This document shows positions 1 through 7,701 of a stretch of DNA of 64,000 bases, piece by piece. The number at the start of each line of letters is the position of its first letter. The first letter of the stretch is position 1. A program made the translations under genes and the position numbers. The stretch covers positions 223,213-287,212 of the forward strand of contig JBGAGQ010000001.1 of the NCBI GenBank assembly GCA_044226625.1, read 5' to 3'. Under the pieces are notes generated by a model that had not been told where the DNA came from, ran no database searches, and was given only the letters and a program-made list of their open reading frames with translations. Source of the stretch: Thermoanaerobaculia bacterium. Its GTDB lineage: Bacteria > Acidobacteriota > Thermoanaerobaculia > Multivoradales > UBA5704.

Positions 1-1503
1 GAAGCCGGCGTTCCAGTTGAAGCGCAGCTCCGTCCGCTCCGAGCTTCCCTCCTTCGCGAGCGGCGCGGGGGGCTTGATCTCCCGCGCTTCCCCGGTGTGG
101 AGGTTCCAGCGCGACAGGTTTCCGCCCTGCCAAAGGGCGTACCCCTGCATCGAATCGGCCGGATCCGGGGTGGTGTCGAAGCCGTCGCCGCCTCCCACGG
201 CGTCCCACTGGAAGGCCCGCAGACCGCCGTTCTGCCAAGCGGACGAGGGACCGCGCCATGAGCCGTTGTCCTGGAGACCGCCATAGACGTGGTACGGCAC
301 GTCGTCGTCGACCCGCACGTGGTAGTACTGGGCGAGCGGCAGGGTGGTCAAGAAGCCCGCCGTCTTCCCCCCGTCGTGCGAGACCGCGACGCCGCCGTCG
401 TCGCCGACGTAGAGGCGCCGCGGATTCGCGGGATCGATCCACAGCGCGTGGTAGTCGCCGTGGATCGCGCTGCCGAACGCTGCGGCGTCGAGGGTCTTTC
501 CGGCGTCGTCGGAGACCCGGACGTCGAAATCGAGGCTATAGATCCGGTTCGGCGCCTGGGGGTCGACGCGGATCTCGCAGAAGTAGAACGGCCGCGGGTT
601 GACGTTCGGCTCGTCGTTCGCGGTCGACCAGCTCCGGCCGCCGTCTTCGGAGCGAAGCAGCGCGCTCTTCTTCGCCTCGACCATCGCGTAGACGATCTCG
701 GGATTCGAGCGCGAGTAGGCGAGGCCGATCCGTCCCAGCTCGCCCGCGGGCAAGCCGTCGTCCTCGGTCGCTCGCTCCCACGTCTCTCCCCCGTCGAACG
801 AGCTCCAGAGCCCGGAGCCCGGACCGCCCGACTGGAACGACCAGGGCCAGCGGCGGTACTGCCACGTGGTGGCAAGCAGGTGATTGGGATGGGCCGGGTC
901 GAGCGCGACGTCCGCCGCGCCGGTCTTCTCGTCGACGTAGAGGACCTTGCGCCAGCTCTTGCCGCCGTCCGTCGTCTTGAAGACGCCTCGCTCCGGATTC
1001 TCGCCCCAGGCCCGGCCGAGCGCGGCGACCCAGGCGACGTCGGGATTCCGCGGATCGAGGACGATCCGATGGATCCGCTCCGTCCCCTCGAGTCCCAGAT
1101 GCTTCCAGGTCTTGCCGCCATCGAGCGTCCGATAGAGCCCGTTGCCCACCGACGCCGAGTTGCGGACGTTCCCCTCGCCGGTGCCGACCCAGACGATCGA
1201 AGGATTCGCCTGGAAGATCGCGATCGACCCGATCGCCGCGACCGGCTGATCGTCGAAGATCGGATCGAACGTCAGCCCGCCGTTCGTCGACTTCCAGACG
1301 CCCCCGGTGGCCGCGCCGACGTACACCACGTCCGGATTTGCCTCCACCGCGTCGATCGCCGCCACCCGCCCGCTCATCCCCGCCGGCCCGATCGACCGCG
1401 CTTTCAGCCCCGACAGGAGGTTCGTATCGATCCCGGCACCCAAAGCCGCCGAAACCGAGCCCCACATCGCCAGACCCACCCAACCTAAAACTCGTCGCTT
1501 CAT
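1..1503 (-). CDS. Secreted BNR/VPS10-repeat (sortilin-like) glycosyl hydrolase family protein, 3'-truncated by window edge
   Basis: Not in the ORF track; translated manually: MKRRVLGWVGLAMWGSVSAALGAGIDTNLLSGLKARSIGPAGMSGRVAAIDAVE..., with Asp-box repeats (S/TxDGGxTW) and a GGAGGA RBS upstream of the ATG at 1503. Confidence 0.85.
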   Translation of the reverse strand, partial: MKRRVLGWVGLAMWGSVSAALGAGIDTNLLSGLKARSIGPAGMSGRVAAIDAVEANPDVVYVGAATGGVWKSTNGGLTFDPIFDDQPVAAIGSIAIFQANPSIVWVGTGEGNVRNSASVGNGLYRTLDGGKTWKHLGLEGTERIHRIVLDPRNPDVAWVAALGRAWGENPERGVFKTTDGGKSWRKVLYVDEKTGAADVALDPAHPNHLLATTWQYRRWPWSFQSGGPGSGLWSSFDGGETWERATEDDGLPAGELGRIGLAYSRSNPEIVYAMVEAKKSALLRSEDGGRSWSTANDEPNVNPRPFYFCEIRVDPQAPNRIYSLDFDVRVSDDAGKTLDAAAFGSAIHGDYHALWIDPANPRRLYVGDDGGVAVSHDGGKTAGFLTTLPLAQYYHVRVDDDVPYHVYGGLQDNGSWRGPSSAWQNGGLRAFQWDAVGGGDGFDTTPDPADSMQGYALWQGGNLSRWNLHTGEAREIKPPAPLAKEGSSERTELRFNWNAGF

Positions 1504-1765
1504 CGAAACATCCTCCAGAGCATCGTCCGACGCCAGGGAGAGACACACCTCTCCCCCAAGCCGGAGTCTCGGTCTCGGGGGATTGTACGGAGTGGGTTGG
1601 GGAAAGTTCTTGCGGCAAGGCGAAATGGCCTATCGACCACCAAGGTGCCCGATTCCTGCCAAACCGGACCGTCCAAACTTCTTTCGCTTTCAGACTTCTC
1701 GGTCAGGCCTCTGGAAACGAGCAGGAGGATCGATCCCAGGGTTGAAGCCCGAGGAACCGATCAGT

Positions 1766-2653
1766 TCACTCGATCGGGCGCGGTACTGAGGATTGGCTCC
1801 GGTTGAACCTGGATGGGCAAACAATACCAACCTGCCGGCCCAAGAACTCTGCCGAACCTATTCCTTCTTCAAGTGCCGCTCTTATCGTCGACCAAGGAGT
1901 GACGACGGTGTGAGAGACACCCCGGGCTATTACCATGCCGACTACTTCCATGCTCCCTGCCGAGACCACAATTGCGCCAGAGGTCCCATCGACCACAGGC
2001 TCGTACAATAGGATCTGATTGTGGAGCTTTATCTTGCGAGAATTACCGTAATCAATTTTGGCGCAAAGCTGACCAGCAACCACATGTGTACTCGGGTTTC
2101 TACCAAGAATATCTACCTTTTTAGGGAGCGGAGCACTAGGCGTAAACGTGAACTTACTACCAACCAGCGAAATACTCGCAACCCCTGGCAAACAAGCGAC
2201 TGGACACGCGCTCACTTCTAGGCAAAGATCTGCATCATTCTTTAAGTCTCCTCCGAGGTCTACACTCTCCCTGGCGACAGGATCTTTCTGAGAACATCGA
2301 GATCCACTGCTATACCGCCTACCTTCGACCACATGGTGAGCGGTGACTAGGTAGTTATTCTCCAGAATACACGTTAACGTTCCTCTCGAGAAGCAATCAC
2401 CTGACTTAATCGTAACATGCTTTAGGGCAGCCTCCCCACCCCCAGGTCTCGCCCCACGAACCCCAGGATCTGAAAATGAACGGGCCTCCGACTCGCCAGG
2501 AACAATCTGGAACTCCTCCCTAATCCACCCCTCAAAATCGCCCTCGCTTGCAAACTCTCGGAAACGAAGAATATTTCCAGAATCAAGCTTTGCGATGCCG
2601 GTGAGCCGAAGCTCATCGAGTTCTTTGCACTCCTCTTCCAAGTTCGGACACAT
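1766..2653 (-). CDS. Trypsin-like (S1/PA clan) serine protease-like protein
   Basis: GTLTC...YLVTAHHV (His motif) and DGTSGAIVV...VVGM (Ser motif, GDSG-like); AT-richer than flanks; start assumed at MCPN. Confidence 0.6.
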   Translation of the reverse strand: MCPNLEEECKELDELRLTGIAKLDSGNILRFREFASEGDFEGWIREEFQIVPGESEARSFSDPGVRGARPGGGEAALKHVTIKSGDCFSRGTLTCILENNYLVTAHHVVEGRRYSSGSRCSQKDPVARESVDLGGDLKNDADLCLEVSACPVACLPGVASISLVGSKFTFTPSAPLPKKVDILGRNPSTHVVAGQLCAKIDYGNSRKIKLHNQILLYEPVVDGTSGAIVVSAGSMEVVGMVIARGVSHTVVTPWSTIRAALEEGIGSAEFLGRQVGIVCPSRFNRSQSSVPRPIE

Positions 2654-2670
2654 CGTCGCTTCAGTGGATC

Positions 2671-3690
2671 TCATCGAGTAAGCTGATGGAACAATACCGG
2701 CGCGCATGGTCGAACGTCATCGCCAACGGCTTCTTGACCTACGAGAGGTAGTGGTTGTGCACCGGAACCTGCCTTGTTCAGCTGGTAGTATCTCTCGAAA
2801 TCCGGGTCACCATAGAATTTAATCACTGAAGTATCGGTGACCGGGAATGAGCTGCCAAAAGTCGCCACGACCTCCGTTTCCATATTGAGAAATCTTACGC
2901 CGATAGCATCTGCTGAGCTGTGAGTGCTCAGGTCTATCTGCCTGGTCGGACCATCTTTGTCTGAAAGCTTCACCGTGACGAGGGTACTCTCAGTGCCACT
3001 GTTCGTTGGTACTTCAAGAATCACCTCGTTGGCAAGCGCCCTATTCCAAACTGGACTCCCAGACGAAACATATTTCATTCCATTCCAGGCCAGGGTATCG
3101 AACGCCCAAGGGTCAATCCTGCCGTCATCGGCGCGATGAAAGCTAGCAACACTCAGCCGTCCCAGTTCTATAGTGAACAATCCAGCAGCATCTAGGTCGC
3201 GGATCAATTCATAGTCATTTGCACTACCAGCTAGCGACATATATCCGCGAGAAATGGTGCTCATCCTTGGTACCCACCATAGTGAGCGCTCGTCGCTGGG
3301 CTGGGGCAAAGGTGCAGTACCTTTTGTCAAATCATAGGAAAGTCCCTTAGTGCCAGAAAAGAAATCTAGCTCGATCTTCTCGCCATTGAGCGCCAAAAGT
3401 CCCAACTCCTGACCTGACTCAGGACTCGAAAGTATGGCATCTAGCACCCCCCTGGATTCCCTTACAACGTCAGTCAAGTTAAAGACAAGCGCCGGGAGAT
3501 GAGACAACCTTACCACTTGATATTTTTCATCAAGGCCGCGACTAAAGCCTGCGGGCCTCGGACGAGTCGCGTTAGGGGTAATCACAGTAACCTTTGCTGG
3601 TTTTCCTGGAGAGTCATCCATTTCGAAGAAGGGGCTATTTGGGAAGAAGGCGTGGAGGCCTGAAAATCTGATCCTCAACATTGGTGCCAT
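2671..3690 (-). CDS. Hypothetical protein (339 aa), co-oriented with the protease
   Basis: Long ORF in AT-richer DNA with normal globular composition; GGGGG SD-like sequence upstream. Confidence 0.75.
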   Translation of the reverse strand: MAPMLRIRFSGLHAFFPNSPFFEMDDSPGKPAKVTVITPNATRPRPAGFSRGLDEKYQVVRLSHLPALVFNLTDVVRESRGVLDAILSSPESGQELGLLALNGEKIELDFFSGTKGLSYDLTKGTAPLPQPSDERSLWWVPRMSTISRGYMSLAGSANDYELIRDLDAAGLFTIELGRLSVASFHRADDGRIDPWAFDTLAWNGMKYVSSGSPVWNRALANEVILEVPTNSGTESTLVTVKLSDKDGPTRQIDLSTHSSADAIGVRFLNMETEVVATFGSSFPVTDTSVIKFYGDPDFERYYQLNKAGSGAQPLPLVGQEAVGDDVRPCAPVLFHQLTR

Positions 3691-3995
3691 CCGTAATCCC
3701 CCGGTATATTTTCAGCCTGTAGTTTTTAGACGAATCAGCCTCTCAAGCGACACGCAGCCTAAGGAATGTTCCTGGCGGATCACTCGCCATGAGCCCGCCC
3801 AAGCTCGAAACCGAGCGCGATCGGCCACAGCGGCGAATGGCGCAATGCCTCCACGGCTCAGCGGCCACCGGCTCGGCATCCTCTCCTCTCCCGAATTCGC
3901 GTTGAAGGCGCGAGCCTACGCGATTTCTCGTAAGGACGGACGCGGCTCCAGAATTTTCGAGGTCGGAGAACCCTGCCGCTACCGCGGTGACCGGT

Positions 3996-4510
3996 CAGCA
4001 CACGACTCGGCGGGCTCAGCTCACCCCTGAGCCCGACCAGCCCACCGCTGATTTTCGCCGGCACACGACCGGGCTGGCCCAGGTCGCCTCTGGGCTGCAC
4101 CAGCCCACCACCGGGCTCGGCCGGCTCACCCCTGATTTCCGCCAGCACACGACTGGGCTGGCCCAGATCACCTCTGGGCTGCGTCAGCACACCCCTGGGC
4201 TCCGCCAGCCCACCCTTGAGCCCGACCTGCCCACTCTTGATTTCCGCCAGCACACTGCCGAGCTGGCCTAGATCACCTCCGGGCTCCGCCAGCACGCCAC
4301 CGCGCTCGGCCCAATCACCCCTGGGCCCGATCTACCCACCCCTGGTTTTCGCCAGCGCACCACCGGGCTGGCCCAGATCACTTCCGGGCTGCGCCAGCAC
4401 ACCCCTGGGCTCCGCCAGCCCACTCCTGATCTCTGCCAGCTGACTCCTGGGCCGGCCCAGCTCACTTCGGGTCTCGGCCAGATCACCGCTGGGCTCGGCC
4501 TGCTCACCCC
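3996..4510. repeat. Degenerate 21-bp tandem array A (~24 units; consensus approx. CAGCHCACCHCTGGGCTSGSC)
   Basis: Units start at 3996, 4017, 4038 ... 4479, 4500; units ending CTGGCC/CCGGCC recur at 84/105/105/84-bp intervals (higher-order repeat). Confidence 0.9.
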
Positions 4511-4550
4511 TTCTCCCGTCCCGCCCACCGGTGGGTGCGCCCGCCACGCC

Positions 4551-4805
4551 TCAACAGAAGTTCGGTCCGCTCCAATCTTCGTAGCCGTAGCCGTAGGCCG
4601 GCCCGCCCTCGGGGCAGGTGAAGATCCACGAAGGGACCTCCGTGGTGCAGCAGCTGGAGTAATCCATCGGACCGGAGACGAAGTGGTTGCCGGATTGGGG
4701 GCAGGAGACGTAGCACCCCAACACCCAGGCGGAGCTGGGCGAGGCGAAAATGGCGAGGACGATGGCGAGCAGCGCGGCGCGGACGACGAGCTTGGGGGCG
4801 TTCAT
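4551..4805 (-). CDS. Small secreted cysteine-rich peptide (84 aa, 6 Cys)
   Basis: GAGGAAG RBS; signal peptide MNAPKLVVRAALLAIVLAIFASPSSA; mature part C-x3-C-x16-CC-x10-C-x19-C ending in Cys. Confidence 0.8.
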   Translation of the reverse strand: MNAPKLVVRAALLAIVLAIFASPSSAWVLGCYVSCPQSGNHFVSGPMDYSSCCTTEVPSWIFTCPEGGPAYGYGYEDWSGPNFC

Positions 4806-4939
4806 CGGTCTTCCTCCTCTTTCAAGCGTGACAGCGGTTCAACAAGGAAGGTGTCCCGCGGTTTGCGGGGTGCGCCGACCTCCTCTTCGACTCTCCCTCT
4901 TGATCCGCTCAGAGAGGAAACCGGACGATTCCCGGCGCG

Positions 4940-5254
4940 GGGAACTCAATTCCCCGTACAGGGAACTCACTTCCCTGCCACGGGAACTCACTTCCTCGTG
5001 CAGGGAACTCACTTCCCAGCATCGGGAACTCACTTCCCCGCACAGGGAACTCGCTTCCCCGTGCAGGGAACTCACTTCCCCGTACAGGGAACTCACTTCC
5101 CCGTACAGGGAACTCACTTCCCCGTACAGGGAACTCACTTCCCCGTACAGGGAACTCGCTTCCCCGTGCAGGGAACTCACTTCCCTCCAGCGGGAAGTGA
5201 GTTCCCGTGGCAGGGATGTACATTCACGCTACCGGAATGTACATCCCCGCAACG
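4940..5254. repeat. 21-bp tandem array B (GGGAACTCACTTCCCCGTACA), 12 direct units + 1 inverted unit + 2 variant units
   Basis: Direct units at 4940, 4961 ... 5171; the unit at 5192 carries the reverse-complement core GGGAAGTGAGTTCCC; 5213 and 5234 carry mutually inverted ATGTACAT-core variants in the same phase. Confidence 0.97.
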
Positions 5255-5305
5255 GGTGGAACTTCGTGGACACCCCCAGAACCCGAGGATGCGCCAGGAA
5301 GCGGG

Positions 5306-7516
5306 CTATTTCGCCCCCGTCCCCTTCTTCCCCACGTCCCACCGATCCAGCCACCCGAAGAACTCCTTCCACCACAGCAACGCCGCCTGGGGTTTGAGGA
5401 TCCAGTGGTTCTCCTCGGGGAAGATGACGATGCGGGAGGGAACGCCCTTGGCCGAGAGAACTTGGTGGAGGTTGATCCCTTGGGTCACCGGGACGCGGTA
5501 GTCGCGCTCGCCGTGGAGGATCAGGGTGGGGGTCTTGAAGTTCTTGGCGTAGTAGCTCGGCGACCAGCGGACGATGCGTTGCGGGTCCTGCCAGGGCGTG
5601 GCGCCGTAATTGCCCGAGCGGCCCCAGATGGAATCGGAGGCATACTGCGCCATCAGGTCGTAGACGCCGGCGTGAGAGATCAGCGCGGCGTAGCGATCGG
5701 TGTGGCCGAGGATCCAGTCGACCAGGTAGCCGCCGTAGGAGCCGCCGGCCGCGAAGAGGCGTTTGGGGTCGACCCAGCCGCGCTTGATCAGGTCGTCGGT
5801 GACCGCTTGGACGTCGGCGAACGGCTTGTCGCCGTGGGCACCGACGATCGACTCGGCGAACGCCTGCCCGTAGCCGGACGAGCCGTGGAAGTTGACCATC
5901 GCGACGACGAAGCCGTGCGAGGCCATCAGGCGGGCGTTCCATCGATAGGAGAAATCGTCCTGGAAGGCGCCGAACGGCCCGCCATGGATCGCCTGGAGCA
6001 GCGGCGCCTTGGTCTTGCCCTCTTCGAATCCGGGGGGGAAGACGACGATCGCGTGGACCTTCTGGCCGCCCGCGCCGACGACGTCGATGTCGGTGGTCTC
6101 GATCGGATCGAGCGCGCCGATGCGATCGACGTTGAAGGAGGTCAACCGGGTCTCGGAAAGCGGATCCGAGAGAGCCACCGACTGGAGCTCCGCGGGAGCC
6201 CGCACCGTCGAACGGGTGAAGACCACTTGGCCCGCCGCGCCGCAATCGGCGCCGCCGATCGCACCGCCTCGCGCGAGCAGCCGGAGCGGCTCGGCGCCGG
6301 TCGCTGGGGCGAGATAGAGGTTCACCCGGGCGCGCTCTTCGACCAGCAGGAGCAGCTCACCCGCGGGGCCGAAGCCGGAGAGGCTCGGGGAAACATCCCA
6401 CTTGGAGAACAGCTCCTCGCTCTTGCCCGTTCCGCGGTCCAGGCGTGCCAGACGCTGGAAATCGGGATCGACCTCGCGGCGACGGTTGCGTGAGAAGTAG
6501 AGCGAGCGGCCGTCCGGTGAATAACGCGGCGAGCTCTCGTCGGCCGGCTGGTCGGCGGTGAGATCGCGAATCGGACCCTCGGGCTCGCCCGTGGGCGAAA
6601 GAGCGAGCGCGAAGACGTCGCTGTTGATCTCCCGAAACGGCGAATCGGTCGTGTTCGCTGCGAACGCCACTTCGCGGCCATCCCGAGCGAGGTCCCAGTC
6701 GATCCCGCCGCCCTGGAACTGGGTGCGGCGCGCGAAGCCGGGCATCAGGTCGCGCACTTTCCGCGTCGCGACGTCGAGGACGAACAGATGCGCCGCCGTG
6801 CCGTCGGTCGCGTAAGCGTCCCAGGCGCGCAGCCAGAGCCCCTCGGCGATCTTCGCCTGGGTCTTGTCGTCCTTCTGCTCGGCAAGGCGCTTCTTCACCT
6901 TGTCCCATTCGTCGTTGAGATCGGGGAAGGTCGAGGCGGCGAAGAAGATCCGCGAGCCGTCCGGGCTCCATTTGGCGCCCGAGGGAGAGACCGGCAGGTC
7001 GGTGAGCGGCTGTGCCTCCCCTCCCGCGAGCGAGAGCACGTAGAGCTGCGCCGGCTTCTCCTTGTCGTTGCCGCGCTTCGAGACGAAGGCGATCGACTTG
7101 CCGTCGGGGCTCCAGCTCGGCGAGCCGTCCGCCTCCTCGTTCCAGGTGAGGCGCCGCGGCGGCATCGTGCCGTCGGTGGGGACCAGCCAGAGGTCGGAGT
7201 TCGATTTGTTCTTTTCGACCGACCAGACGGAGACCGCGAACACCGCGAGCTTGCCGTCCGGCGAGACGACAGGCGCTCCCACGCGCTCCATCGCCCAGAT
7301 GTCCTCGGGGGTCATCGGACGGGTGGCGGGCACTCCCTCCGCCGGCGCCGCGGGGGCCATGGCCTCCGCGCCGGTCATGGCGATCGGGACGGGAGGATCG
7401 TCGGCGAACGCGGGCGCGGCGACCGCCGAGTCAAGGAGAACCGGAGCGAAGAACAAACCGACGGCGAGACCAAGGCGGGGCCGGAGGGACCGGAAACCAA
7501 CGTTGCGCGGGATCAT
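5306..7516 (-). CDS. S9 family peptidase (dipeptidyl aminopeptidase/acylaminoacyl peptidase), secreted
   Basis: Signal peptide, PD40-like WSPDG repeats, HGGP, GGSYGG nucleophile, DYRV, ENH. Confidence 0.95.
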   Translation of the reverse strand: MIPRNVGFRSLRPRLGLAVGLFFAPVLLDSAVAAPAFADDPPVPIAMTGAEAMAPAAPAEGVPATRPMTPEDIWAMERVGAPVVSPDGKLAVFAVSVWSVEKNKSNSDLWLVPTDGTMPPRRLTWNEEADGSPSWSPDGKSIAFVSKRGNDKEKPAQLYVLSLAGGEAQPLTDLPVSPSGAKWSPDGSRIFFAASTFPDLNDEWDKVKKRLAEQKDDKTQAKIAEGLWLRAWDAYATDGTAAHLFVLDVATRKVRDLMPGFARRTQFQGGGIDWDLARDGREVAFAANTTDSPFREINSDVFALALSPTGEPEGPIRDLTADQPADESSPRYSPDGRSLYFSRNRRREVDPDFQRLARLDRGTGKSEELFSKWDVSPSLSGFGPAGELLLLVEERARVNLYLAPATGAEPLRLLARGGAIGGADCGAAGQVVFTRSTVRAPAELQSVALSDPLSETRLTSFNVDRIGALDPIETTDIDVVGAGGQKVHAIVVFPPGFEEGKTKAPLLQAIHGGPFGAFQDDFSYRWNARLMASHGFVVAMVNFHGSSGYGQAFAESIVGAHGDKPFADVQAVTDDLIKRGWVDPKRLFAAGGSYGGYLVDWILGHTDRYAALISHAGVYDLMAQYASDSIWGRSGNYGATPWQDPQRIVRWSPSYYAKNFKTPTLILHGERDYRVPVTQGINLHQVLSAKGVPSRIVIFPEENHWILKPQAALLWWKEFFGWLDRWDVGKKGTGAK

Positions 7517-7610
7517 GGCGCGCGGATGTTACACCGGAGACCCGGGCGGCTCTTCCCGAGGCCCCCAATGCCCTGAACATCGGTCGTGTCCTTACGGCAC
7601 CGCCTCTTCG

Positions 7611-7641
7611 CGTAGGGGCGGAGGCAAGCTCCGCCCCTACG
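7611..7641. repeat. GTAG-type REP-like palindrome
   Basis: CGTAGGGGCGGAG-GCAAG-CTCCGCCCCTACG, 13-bp perfect stem; degenerate second copy near 7664-7689. Confidence 0.7.
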
Positions 7642-7701
7642 TAAGACGAAGGGACGTCGTGCCGGAGCGGAGGCAAGGCCCGGACTAACGTCCTCTCCCA
7701 C

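Noticed and set aside
4940-5254. Array B (and arrays A, C) as CRISPR or guide-RNA arrays
   Set aside because: Linkers are only 5-6 nt and often identical, with no unique spacers; no cas, Nop-domain or reverse transcriptase gene in the window
4683-5501. Repeat-derived ORFs (VQGTHFP, RELTSPY, GSEFPVR, GEVSSLY)
   Set aside because: Several frames are open simply because the unit lacks stops; no convincing RBS, and some overlap real genes
5306-7516. S9 peptidase (or the M16/M14/S41 enzymes) as leader peptidases for the precursors
   Set aside because: Common secreted or housekeeping types with no operon link to the precursors; cannot be supported from sequence
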